This document shows, in pieces, positions 1 to 7,900 of a stretch of 64,000 bases of DNA (position 1 is the stretch's first letter; each line of letters opens with the position of its first letter). The notes under the pieces are model-generated. The model worked only from the letters and a program-made list of their open reading frames with translations, had not been told where the DNA came from and ran no database searches. The stretch comes from Terriglobia bacterium (GTDB lineage Bacteria > Acidobacteriota > Terriglobia > Bryobacterales > Bryobacteraceae). A program made the position numbers and the translations under genes. The stretch covers positions 12,000 to 75,999 of the forward strand of contig RGPS01000004.1 in assembly GCA_010084195.1 (NCBI GenBank), in the 5' to 3' direction.

Positions 1-1123
1 CCGGGCTGTAGACCTTACGGTTGTAGCGGGAGACGTGGAGCTTCCACTTGCCCCAGCGGGCACATTGCAGGTGGACGTTGTCGAAGTAGAGGAGGGGCTC
101 TCGTTCGATTTGCGTGACTTCGCCAGTCCAGAGCTTCCAGACGTTGAGGCCGTCGACTGGCTTGTTGGGCGGCATCGCCCCGCAGAGCGCAGCGATTGTG
201 GGGGTCACGTCGAGCATGGAACCGAGGGCTGCTGAGACTTTGCCTTTGGGAATGCGGCCTGGCATGGACACGATGAACGGCTCGCGGACTCCGCCTTCCC
301 AGGTTTCCCCTTTGCGACCACGCAGGCGACCGGAACTGCCCTGATACCAGGGGCCGTTATCGCTGGAGAAGATTACCAGGGTATTGCGGGCTGCGCCGGT
401 CTCCTGCAGGGTCTTCATGACCTCGCCGACACTCCAGTCAAGTTCTGCGAGGACGTCACCGTAGATCCCTCGCGGGGACTTGCCGCGGAAGCGCTCCGAA
501 GCACCTAACGGGATATGGGGGAAGGTGTGTGGGAAATAAAGGAAGAACGGGGAGCCTTTCGCGTCACGGATGAACTTTGTGGCTTCTTCGGTGTACTTGC
601 GGGTGAGGGAAGTGAGGTCGGCCTCCTGCTCGACGACGGTGGTGTCGCGCAGGAGAACGCGGGGAGTCATGTCGTTGCTGTAGGGGATGCCGAAGTAGTG
701 GTCGAAGCCCCTTTTGGTGGGGAGGTATTGCGGGGTGGCACCGAGGTGCCATTTGCCGACACATTGGGTCTTGTAACCCTTTGTCTTGAGGAGGTCGGCG
801 AGAGTCTGTTCGTCGAGGTTGAGGCCCACTTTGTCCTGGGGGAAGAAGACGGCGGGGACACCGACCCGGGTGGGATATCGACCGGTGAGCAGGGACGCGC
901 GCGAGGGTGAGCAGACGGGGTTGGCCGAGTTCCAGTTGGTGAAACGGGTACCTTCGGCGGCGAGCTTGTCGAGATTGGGAGTGGAGAGGTTGGAGCCGTA
1001 GACGTGGAGATCGCCAAAGCCGAGGTCGTCCGCATAGATGAGGACGATGTTGGGAGGGGAATCATTGCTGGCTGCGAGGGCGGGAGCAGCAGCGAGAGTT
1101 TGGAGGAATGTGCGGCGAAGCAT
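1..1123 (-). CDS. Arylsulfatase (type I, formylglycine-dependent), N-terminal ~374 aa; the 3' end lies beyond the window start
   Basis: Absent from the ORF track because it is open at the window edge. My translation of the minus strand from ATG 1123..1121 gives MLRRTFLQTLAAAPALAASNDSPPNIVLIYADDLGFGDLHVYG...NPVCSPSRASLLTGRYP...IFSSDNGPW. This shows a signal peptide, the DDLG metal site and the C-x-P-x-R formylglycine motif. Confidence 0.85.
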   Translation of the reverse strand, partial: MLRRTFLQTLAAAPALAASNDSPPNIVLIYADDLGFGDLHVYGSNLSTPNLDKLAAEGTRFTNWNSANPVCSPSRASLLTGRYPTRVGVPAVFFPQDKVGLNLDEQTLADLLKTKGYKTQCVGKWHLGATPQYLPTKRGFDHYFGIPYSNDMTPRVLLRDTTVVEQEADLTSLTRKYTEEATKFIRDAKGSPFFLYFPHTFPHIPLGASERFRGKSPRGIYGDVLAELDWSVGEVMKTLQETGAARNTLVIFSSDNGPWYQGSSGRLRGRKGETWEGGVREPFIVSMPGRIPKGKVSAALGSMLDVTPTIAALCGAMPPNKPVDGLNVWKLWTGEVTQIEREPLLYFDNVHLQCARWGKWKLHVSRYNRKVYSP

Positions 1124-1180
1124 CGCCCGTTAGTTTACCGGGTTCGTGCGTTTTGAGGCGGCGCTACACTGAGAAGACCC

Positions 1181-2221
1181 ATGTCGAGAATGCTCGAAGA
1201 GATCCGCCAGCAACCGCTGGCCCTGGCTCGAACGCTGAAAGCCGAAATGAAGACTGTCGCGAGGCTGCGTGCGGCAATTGAGAAGCGGCGTCCCAAGCTG
1301 ATTGTGCTGGTGGCTCGTGGAACATCGGACAACGCGGCGCAGTTTGGCCGGTATCTGATTGAGATTACGACCGGCATTCCGGTTTCGCTGGCGGCCCCTT
1401 CGATCCATACGGTTTATGGAGCGAGGGTGAACTATACGGATGCGCTGGTGGTGGCGATTTCGCAGTCGGGGGAATCGACAGACACGAATCTGGTGCTGGA
1501 GCAGGCACGGGCGGATGGGGCTCTGACGGTAGGGATTACGAATGAGCCGAAGAGTTCGATGGCAGGGTTAGCGGAGCATGTTTTTCTGGTGCGGGCAGGC
1601 CGCGAGAAGAGTGTGGCGGCCACTAAGACCTACACGGGCCAACTGCTGGTGTTGTATCTGGTGGCGTGTGCGTTGGGCGCGAAGATCCGGCACAGCGATC
1701 TGGAGTTGATTCCGGACCTGGCGGCGCAGGCCCTGACGCTGGAACCGGAGATAGCGAAGCTGGCGGGGCGCTATCGCTTCATGAATCATGCGGTGGTGGT
1801 GGGGCGCGGGTTGAATTATTCGAATGCGTTTGAATTTGCGCTGAAGATGATGGAGACCTGTTACGTGGTGGCGGAGAGATTTTCGTCGGCTGACTTCATG
1901 CATGGCCCGATTGCGATCGTGGAGGCCAATTTCCCGTTGTTCCTGTTCGCGCCTTCAGGGCCGACGTGGACTTCGATGCAGGAGATGCTGGTGCGCCTGC
2001 GAGATTTGAAGGCCGAGACGATGGTGATCACGGACAAGAAGAATCGAATCCCGGAGGGTTTGGCGACGAGAACGGTGCGGCTGCCGTTTGCGGTGGACGA
2101 AATATTATCACCGATTCCCTACATTATTCCGGCGCAGATCTTTGCGGCGCATCTGGCTGTGGAGAAAAATTTGAACCCGGATCAGCCTCGGACGTTGAGC
2201 AAAGTTACGCTCACGATTTAG
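1181..2221 (+). CDS. SIS-domain sugar phosphate isomerase/deaminase (GlmS isomerase-domain-like, AgaS/NagB-II type)
   Basis: 346 aa ORF with two SIS signatures (VARGTSDNAAQFGRY and AISQSGESTDT). It has no glutaminase domain. Confidence 0.8.
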   Translation: MSRMLEEIRQQPLALARTLKAEMKTVARLRAAIEKRRPKLIVLVARGTSDNAAQFGRYLIEITTGIPVSLAAPSIHTVYGARVNYTDALVVAISQSGESTDTNLVLEQARADGALTVGITNEPKSSMAGLAEHVFLVRAGREKSVAATKTYTGQLLVLYLVACALGAKIRHSDLELIPDLAAQALTLEPEIAKLAGRYRFMNHAVVVGRGLNYSNAFEFALKMMETCYVVAERFSSADFMHGPIAIVEANFPLFLFAPSGPTWTSMQEMLVRLRDLKAETMVITDKKNRIPEGLATRTVRLPFAVDEILSPIPYIIPAQIFAAHLAVEKNLNPDQPRTLSKVTLTI

Positions 2222-2280
2222 CGGGGGACTGAGCTTCGGCATCATAATGAATCGTGCGCAGTGATTGGTGGGGGAAGGCG

Positions 2281-3294
2281 ATGGTCCGCATTGGCCGATT
2301 CCTCCGTGGCCGGGTGCGGTATCGGGTCACGCCGGGTGGCGTGCTGTTTCTGGGGGCATTGACGCTGACGGGCAGCGGGGCCTTCCTGACGGGGAACAAC
2401 CTGCTGTTCCTGGTATTTTCCGCGATGCTGGCGCTGCTGCTTGTATCCGGCTTTCTGGGCCGCCTGATGTTGTTGGGATTGAAGCTGGAACTGCTCCTGC
2501 CGAAACACGTAGCAGCCCGGGCGGTAACTGAGGCGCAGATTCGGCTGATTAACCTGAAGCGCCTGACGCCTTCGTTTTCGATTGAGCTGTCGGGACGAAG
2601 TAATCCGCTGACCGGATCGCTCCCAATTCTGAAGACTCCCGTCTATTTTCCGGTGGTAGCGGGAGGAGGTGCAGTTGAAGTGCCGGTTGAGGTGACATTT
2701 CCGCACAGGGGAAGGCACCGGGAAAATTTGTTTGTACTCTCGACAAGGTTTCCATTCGGATTTCTGAGACGGGAAGTCTCGATCCCCATTTCGTGGGAGA
2801 CGATTGTCTATCCGGCGATTGAGCCTGGGGTACGGGCGGAAGGTCTGCTGGAGAGTTTGGAAGGGCCGACCGCGACATCAGAACGCGGGCAGGGACAGGA
2901 TTTCTATCGAATACGACCCTGGGAAGCCTCGGACGGGGTTCGGATGGTGGATTGGAAATCGACCGCGCATACCGGGACGCTGCAGGCTCGGGAGTTTGCA
3001 CGGGAAGATAACATCTCGGTGGAGATTGTGCTGGACCGGGCGATTCCGCAGGGGGCAGAGGAGCGGTTTGAGGCCCTGGTGGAGGAATGTGCTTATCTGG
3101 TGTGGACGCTGGCAGACCGGGCGACTGCGTTTGAGCTGGTTTGTGAGGGGCAAGCGCAAACAGAGGTTTACGCAGCCCTGCGGTTTTTGGCGATAGTGGT
3201 GCCTGCGGTGGCGAGGGCGGGTGGTGTGGAGGCGGGTGGTGTGGCGGCGGGGGCTGGGACCGGCTCCCGGGTTGTGCTTTCGGCCTGGGATTGA
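2281..3294 (+). CDS. DUF58 domain protein (MoxR-associated vWA-like family) with N-terminal TM helices
   Basis: Contains the DUF58 core motif DFYRIRPWEASDGVRMVDWKSTAHTGTLQAREFAREDN. The ORF track starts at GTG 2254. I prefer ATG 2281, which is preceded by gggggaagg, but the start is uncertain. Confidence 0.7.
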   Translation: MVRIGRFLRGRVRYRVTPGGVLFLGALTLTGSGAFLTGNNLLFLVFSAMLALLLVSGFLGRLMLLGLKLELLLPKHVAARAVTEAQIRLINLKRLTPSFSIELSGRSNPLTGSLPILKTPVYFPVVAGGGAVEVPVEVTFPHRGRHRENLFVLSTRFPFGFLRREVSIPISWETIVYPAIEPGVRAEGLLESLEGPTATSERGQGQDFYRIRPWEASDGVRMVDWKSTAHTGTLQAREFAREDNISVEIVLDRAIPQGAEERFEALVEECAYLVWTLADRATAFELVCEGQAQTEVYAALRFLAIVVPAVARAGGVEAGGVAAGAGTGSRVVLSAWD

Positions 3295-3372
3295 ATCGCG
3301 CGGCTGATACTAAAGCCGACCTGTTTTTTTGGGTGACCCATTCGGGTCCTCAGCTCGACCTCGCTGTTGACC

Positions 3373-3520
3373 TTACCCGCCGCCGACAAACTGGACGATT
3401 TCGAGTTTCGCGCCCGCCTCAACCGGGGTTGAATCCCAGAGCGGTCGCTTCACAATCGCTCGATTCAGCTCCACTGCTACCCTTGCGGGCTCCAGATTGA
3501 GGCGCAGAATCAAATGGCGA
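3373..3520 (-). pseudogene. thiS: thiS 3' fragment (displaced duplicate, no start codon)
   Basis: Minus-strand translation reads ...LILRLNLEPARVAVELNRAIVKRPLWDSTPVEAGAKLEIVQFVGGG*. This parallels residues 25-70 of the intact ThiS at 4975..5187. An in-frame stop lies upstream and there is no initiation codon. Confidence 0.7.
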
Positions 3521-3677
3521 ACTGGTTTCCGGCTTTATAACTGTTGCCAATTCCGGTAGCGCGGTGAAGTTGCCGGGACTGACCAGGCGGGTGAAGGATC
3601 TGTTGCAGATCACGAAAGGGTACACCGTGTTCGATATGCATGAGCAAGAGGCGCATGCGATTCGCGAGTTCGCGTAG
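3501..3677 (+). pseudogene. C-terminal remnant of a STAS-domain (anti-sigma-factor antagonist-like) gene
   Basis: The open frame reads ...NGELVSGFITVANSGSAVKLPGLTRRVKDLLQITKGYTVFDMHEQEAHAIREFA*. The tail resembles the SpoIIAA/RsbV C-terminus (V..LL.IT.L..VF.I...EEA). The N-terminal two thirds of a STAS domain are missing. Confidence 0.4.
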
Positions 3678-3805
3678 AGCGTTGCACTGTTAGCCTGGTG
3701 AAGATTACGGCCGGGTTCCCTAAAGCAGAGAGTCCAGGCGTCTTTTCCGTTTTTGGCGCAGAGCAGCGAGCGAATGTCCTGAAACTGGTGATAGGATGAA
3801 CTCAA

Positions 3806-4066
3806 ATGCCCGAAGTCAGCCGTTTCTTTGGCATTTCGATCCGGCATGTACTTCGATGAGCACAATCCGCCGCACTTCCACGCCATCTATGCGGGGAATG
3901 AGGCCCAGATCGGAATTGATCCTATTGCCGTTATAGAAGGGCGACTCCCGATCGCGCCACGTCTCTGGTGATTGAATGGGCCGCAATTCACCAGCGAGAA
4001 CTGATGTCCAACTGGAGTCAGTTGCGGAATGACCAGCCAATAGCTCGCATCGAGCCGCTGGAATAG
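3806..4066 (+). pseudogene. DUF4160 family gene with two frameshifts
   Basis: Three segments read in different frames reconstruct a typical DUF4160 protein: MPEVSRFFGISIR | MYFDEHNPPHFHAIYAGNEAQIGIDPIAVIEGRLP | ATSLVIEWAAIHQRELMSNWSQLRNDQPIARIEPLE*. There is a +1 insertion near 3844 (atccggcatg) and a -1 deletion near 3949. No intact ORF is listed in the track. Confidence 0.75.
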
Positions 4067-4076
4067 GGGTTACCTG

Positions 4077-4349
4077 ATGTCGCCCAGAGTCAATCAAGTC
4101 CGGCACGTTGGCCAGTATCGCCTCGAGCTGAGTTTCACGGACGGCACAAAAGCGGAAGTGGACTTCAAGTCAAGAGTAGTCGGTCGCGGCGGCGTTTTCA
4201 CCCTGCTGGAGGCCGTCGATTATTTCGGGCAAGTCAAAATAGATCCGGAAGCCGGGACGATCATGTGGCCGAACGAGGTAGATTTTTGCCCGGACGTTTT
4301 GTATTATCTCGTGACAGGCAGGCCGATCCTGTCACTGGAGCTGGTTTGA
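4077..4349 (+). CDS. DUF2442 family protein
   Basis: 90 aa ORF (VRHVGQYRLELSFTDGTKAEVDF...EAGTIMWPNEVDFCPDVLY). It starts 10 nt after the DUF4160 gene, which is the usual DUF4160-DUF2442 pair order. Confidence 0.8.
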   Translation: MSPRVNQVRHVGQYRLELSFTDGTKAEVDFKSRVVGRGGVFTLLEAVDYFGQVKIDPEAGTIMWPNEVDFCPDVLYYLVTGRPILSLELV

Positions 4350-4454
4350 TTGGGTGGAAATAGCATCTTCAGGTCGCTCTCTCGGGGGTAAACCCAATCT
4401 GCTGACGGAGTAACCCGGTCCGGTTTGCGTTAGGATCGGAAAAAACTATCGATT

Positions 4455-4709
4455 ATGAATATGCCGCCGGAGATTGCGAATAGCATCTACGTCGGATTCC
4501 CCCACTTCTGGTGCGCCGCCCTTGCATTTGCGCGCGTTGGGAGCTTTACGCCCGGCTTTTGGGGTACATGGACAGGCCTTCTCCTTTGGCCAAGTCTGCT
4601 TTGTGCCGTACCGTATGGCATACACAAGGTGAGGAATCGCCAATTCCACTGGCAGCGGTGGTTTTTCTGGCCAGGGTTCTTGCTGCCAGCCATTGCCAAG
4701 TCAACATAG
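4455..4709 (+). CDS. Hypothetical small Trp-rich membrane protein (orphan)
   Basis: 84 aa ORF inside the low-GC islet with 2-3 hydrophobic stretches. I recognise no family, so coding status is uncertain. Confidence 0.25.
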   Translation: MNMPPEIANSIYVGFPHFWCAALAFARVGSFTPGFWGTWTGLLLWPSLLCAVPYGIHKVRNRQFHWQRWFFWPGFLLPAIAKST

Positions 4710-4974
4710 TCGATGTAACTCTCCTAAATGCTCCGTTCCAACTTCAAGCAGGTCCAAACAATAAGACTCGCTGAAGCAACGGGTTAGCGAGATGCAGGTC
4801 AATCGCCCATAGCCTGGCGAAAACCCAAAAAGCACCGGAGCATACGAAAAACCAAAACGCAGCCGTCTTCGACCACGCGCGCTTGTCGTACCTACCGACG
4901 ACGGAGATTTGAAGCAATTTTCTCAATCATGCGGTCCTGCCTCCGTCCTCAAGTGGCTGTTGAGCCATATTCGA

Positions 4975-5187
4975 CTACCCGCCGCCGACAAACTGGACGA
5001 TCTCGAGTTCCGCACCGGCCTCGACCGGGGTGGAATCCCAGAGGGGACGCTTCACAATCGCTCGATTCAGTTCCACCGCGACCCTCTCGGGTTCCAGATT
5101 GAGGCTCAAAATCACCTCGTGCAGGGTCTGGGGAGTCGGAAAAAAGTGACCCTCGCCGTTGATCGTTACCTTAAATTCATTAGCCAC
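4975..5187 (-). CDS. thiS: Sulfur carrier protein ThiS
   Basis: 70 aa with a GTG start. It has the ThiS/MoaD beta-grasp pattern and ends ...ELEIVQFVGGG*, the C-terminal Gly-Gly. Confidence 0.85.
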   Translation of the reverse strand: MANEFKVTINGEGHFFPTPQTLHEVILSLNLEPERVAVELNRAIVKRPLWDSTPVEAGAELEIVQFVGGG

Positions 5188-5246
5188 GGATTTCCATGTT
5201 TTATTATATTGCGTTGGGGCCTCGTTCCAGGTCTCAACTACATCCG

Positions 5247-5696
5247 ATGCCTACTACCCCTGCAGAACAATGGCTCCCTGTACTCATACAGGCGACAATT
5301 GCGGCGATCATCGCGGCAGCGCTGGTGACCCTGACGTTCGTAATCGGACGCAAGGTTGCGAACAAAGTTAAAGACACTCCGTACGAGTGCGGCATCAACC
5401 CTCTCGGCGACGCCCGCGGGCGCTTCAGTGTGAAGTTCTACCTGGTGGCGATGCTTTTCATCCTGTTCGACATCGAAGCGATCTTCCTCTATCCATGGGC
5501 TGTGGTTTACAAGCAGCTCAAGATGTTCGCCTTCGTTGAAATGCTGTTGTTCGTCGGGTTCGTGATGTCCGGCTTCTTCTACATCTGGAAAAAAGGCGTA
5601 CTGGACTGGGCCGTTACCGAACGTGACCACACGCCGCATACGGTGCTGGGAGAAATGACGCGCAAGGGCTTCCTTGAGGAAGTGGCAAAGCGCTAA
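5247..5696 (+). CDS. nuoA: NADH-quinone oxidoreductase subunit A
   Basis: Contains the PYECGINPLGDARGRFSVKFYLVAMLFILFDIE signature. I prefer ATG 5247 over the track start 5196, which would lie 9 nt from the divergent thiS start. It has an unusual hydrophilic C-terminal tail of about 30 aa. Confidence 0.85.
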   Translation: MPTTPAEQWLPVLIQATIAAIIAAALVTLTFVIGRKVANKVKDTPYECGINPLGDARGRFSVKFYLVAMLFILFDIEAIFLYPWAVVYKQLKMFAFVEMLLFVGFVMSGFFYIWKKGVLDWAVTERDHTPHTVLGEMTRKGFLEEVAKR

Positions 5697-6169
5697 TGGC
5701 ACAAGCGATGATCCCCGAAACCCTTCAGCAGGACCCTACAGTGGCCAGCCTCGCCGATCTGGCTACCAGCGCGAAGTTCGAATTCAACGAACTGACCATC
5801 GAAATCGACGCCGCGAAGATTGTGGAAGCGGTCGGTCGTGTAAAGAGCAAGTTGGGATTTGAACGCCTCACTTCAGTGACCGGCGTGGACCGGTTCCCGG
5901 CTGAACCACGGTTCGAGGTTGTTTATCATCTGCAGTCGGTGGCGGGCCAGAAGCGCCTGCGGCTGAAGGCGCGGATTTCGGGCATCAATCCGGAAATTGA
6001 CTCGGTCACGTCTGTCTATCGCGGCGCTGACTGGTATGAGCGTGAAACGTTTGATTTGTTTGGTATCCGCTTCCTGAACCACCCCGATCTGCGCCGCATC
6101 ATGATGCCGGAAGACTGGGACGGGCATCCGCTCCGCAAGGATTATCCAATCACGGGGGCACGGTACTAA
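5696..6169 (+). CDS. nuoC: NADH-quinone oxidoreductase subunit C (30 kDa)
   Basis: Contains the ADWYERETFDLFGIRFLNHPDLRRIMMPEDWDGHPLRKDYP signature. Its start overlaps the nuoA stop (taATG). Confidence 0.9.
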   Translation: MAQAMIPETLQQDPTVASLADLATSAKFEFNELTIEIDAAKIVEAVGRVKSKLGFERLTSVTGVDRFPAEPRFEVVYHLQSVAGQKRLRLKARISGINPEIDSVTSVYRGADWYERETFDLFGIRFLNHPDLRRIMMPEDWDGHPLRKDYPITGARY

Positions 6170-6173
6170 ATTC

Positions 6174-7373
6174 ATGGCAACTCAGCCGATGTCTACCGAA
6201 CAAAAAAGTACCCGAACCATGGTCCTCAACATGGGTCCGCAGCACCCGTCGACGCACGGTGTGCTTCGTCTGCTGCTGGAACTGGACGGCGAAACGCTGC
6301 TGAAAGCTGTGCCGGACATTGGCTTCCTGCACACGGGCATCGAAAAAGAGTTCGAAGTGAAGACGTATCAGCAGGGTGTCACGCTGACGGATCGCATCGA
6401 CTACCTGGCCCCGCTTTCGAACAACCTGGTGTATTGTCTGGCGGCGGAAAAGTTGCTGGGCCTGGAAATTCCCGAACATGCGCAGTGGATGCGCGTGATG
6501 CTGGCCGAATTGACCCGCCTGAACAGCCACCTGGTGTGGCTGGCGACGCATGCTATCGACATCGGCGCGATGTCGGTGTTTTTGTACTGCTTCCGGGAAC
6601 GTGAAGAAATCCTGCGGATCTTCGAAATGTTCTCCGGGCAGCGTATGATGACGAGCTACTTCCGTATCGGCGGCCTGGCGCTTCCCGCGCCGCGCGGCTG
6701 GCAGAAGAAGGTCAAGGACTTCATCGATATCTTCCCGGAGAAGATTGATCAGTACGAAAACCTGCTGACGAACAATCAGATCTGGATCGGGCGCACCAAG
6801 GGTGTCGGCTACATTTCCCTCGAAGACATGCTGGACCTGGGTGTCACGGGTCCCATGCTGCGCGCTGCCGGCCTGAAGATTGACGCTCGTAAGGATTCTC
6901 CTTACTCCAGCTACGAAAAGTTTGATTTCGAAGTTCCCACTCGTACGGAAAATGACGTTTACGCCCGTTATCTGCTGCGTGTGGAAGAGATGCGGCAGTC
7001 GACGAAGATCATTCGTCAGGCGCTGGAAGGCATGCCTTCGGGATCGCACCAGGCTGACGCGCCGGGAGTTGTACTTCCCGACCGCGAAAAGATGAAGACC
7101 CAGATGGAAAGCCTCATCTACCACTTCAAGATTGTGACCGAAGGCTTCCGGGTTCCGGAAGGCGAGGTTTATCAGGCGGTGGAATCGCCCCGCGGTGAAG
7201 TGGGTTGCTACATGGTGAGCGATGGCACCCAGAAGCCTTTCCGCGTTCACTGGCGCGGCCCCAGCTTCGGAAATCTGCAATGCACCGGCAAGCTGATCGA
7301 AGGAACTTTGATCGCTGACGTGATTGCGGCGCTGGGTAGTATGGACTTTGTTCTGGGAGATACGGACCGGTAA
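6174..7373 (+). CDS. nuoD: NADH-quinone oxidoreductase subunit D (49 kDa)
   Basis: Contains MVLNMGPQHPSTHGVLRL near the N-terminus and ends ...DFVLGDTDR. 399 aa. Confidence 0.95.
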   Translation: MATQPMSTEQKSTRTMVLNMGPQHPSTHGVLRLLLELDGETLLKAVPDIGFLHTGIEKEFEVKTYQQGVTLTDRIDYLAPLSNNLVYCLAAEKLLGLEIPEHAQWMRVMLAELTRLNSHLVWLATHAIDIGAMSVFLYCFREREEILRIFEMFSGQRMMTSYFRIGGLALPAPRGWQKKVKDFIDIFPEKIDQYENLLTNNQIWIGRTKGVGYISLEDMLDLGVTGPMLRAAGLKIDARKDSPYSSYEKFDFEVPTRTENDVYARYLLRVEEMRQSTKIIRQALEGMPSGSHQADAPGVVLPDREKMKTQMESLIYHFKIVTEGFRVPEGEVYQAVESPRGEVGCYMVSDGTQKPFRVHWRGPSFGNLQCTGKLIEGTLIADVIAALGSMDFVLGDTDR

Positions 7374-7378
7374 CGACG

Positions 7379-7900
7379 ATGACTTTTTCCCCCGAACTCG
7401 AAGCACGGTTCGAGAAATTCCTGACGAAGTACCCCGCAGACAGGAAGCGGTCGGCTGTCATTCCTATGCTGGTTTACGCTCAGGATGAGACCGAAGCGAT
7501 CACGCAGGAACTGATTGAAGAAGTGGCAAAGCGTTGTGGTGTGACGCCGTTGCAGGTGGAGGAAGTGGTCGGGTTCTACTCGATGCTTCACAAGAAGCCG
7601 CAGGGTAAGTACCACGTGCAGATTTGCACCAATATTTCGTGCCTGCTGGTTGGTGGCGCGGAATTGTGGGAACAGGCCACCAAAAAGACCGGCATCGGGC
7701 ACAAGCAGAATTCCGCTGATGGCCGCATCTCGCTGGAAGAAGTGGAATGCATCGGGGCCTGTTCGTGGGCTCCGGCTGTGCAGATAAACTACGATTTCTA
7801 CCACTTTGTGACGCCGGGCCAACTGGATAAACTGCTGGACGGTTTGGCGGCGGGTAAGAAGCCCGAAGAGATTACTGAAGTTCAAAAGGTGAGCTGCTGA
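7379..7900 (+). CDS. nuoE: NADH-quinone oxidoreductase subunit E (24 kDa, 2Fe-2S)
   Basis: Shows the Cys pattern QICTNISC...VECIGACSWAP. Confidence 0.9.
   Translation: MTFSPELEARFEKFLTKYPADRKRSAVIPMLVYAQDETEAITQELIEEVAKRCGVTPLQVEEVVGFYSMLHKKPQGKYHVQICTNISCLLVGGAELWEQATKKTGIGHKQNSADGRISLEEVECIGACSWAPAVQINYDFYHFVTPGQLDKLLDGLAAGKKPEEITEVQKVSC

Larger units (their letters stand above)
3373..4974. mobile_element. Putative remnant of an integrated islet inserted at the 3' end of thiS (no integrase left)
   Basis: A direct duplication of about 145 nt of the thiS 3' end (3373-3520 versus 4975-5122, about 85% identity by eye) brackets a lower-GC 1.45-kb segment. That segment contains only gene fragments, a DUF4160/DUF2442 pair and small orphan ORFs. 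Confidence 0.45.

Noticed and set aside
4744-4926. 60-aa minus-strand ORF in the islet.
   Set aside because: It is hydrophobic but has no recognisable family, no RBS and minimal length, so it is not reportable as a gene.
5188-5246. TPP riboswitch upstream of thiS.
   Set aside because: Only ~59 nt separate thiS from the divergent nuoA start, which is too short for a THI-box aptamer. I could not find the conserved CUGAGA/ACCUGA elements.
5196-5246. nuoA start at ATG 5196 (track ORF).
   Set aside because: It would leave 8 nt between the divergent thiS and nuoA starts. It also adds a non-conserved MFYYIALGPRSRSQLHP leader. ATG 5247 gives a normal NuoA N-terminus.
6150-7406. Long antisense ORFs in the six-frame track. 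Examples are 6150..7406(-), 13943..14824(-), 16176..16994(-), 20615..21481(+), 34488..35600(+), 40256..41860(-), 43058..44107(-), 50464..51657(-), 51443..52471(-), 53957..54910(-), 60963..61835(-) and 61832..62686(-).
   Set aside because: Each lies opposite a gene with clear family signatures. Their translations are Arg/Gly/His/Pro-rich low-complexity sequence typical of the non-coding strand in high-GC DNA, and none shows a recognisable motif.
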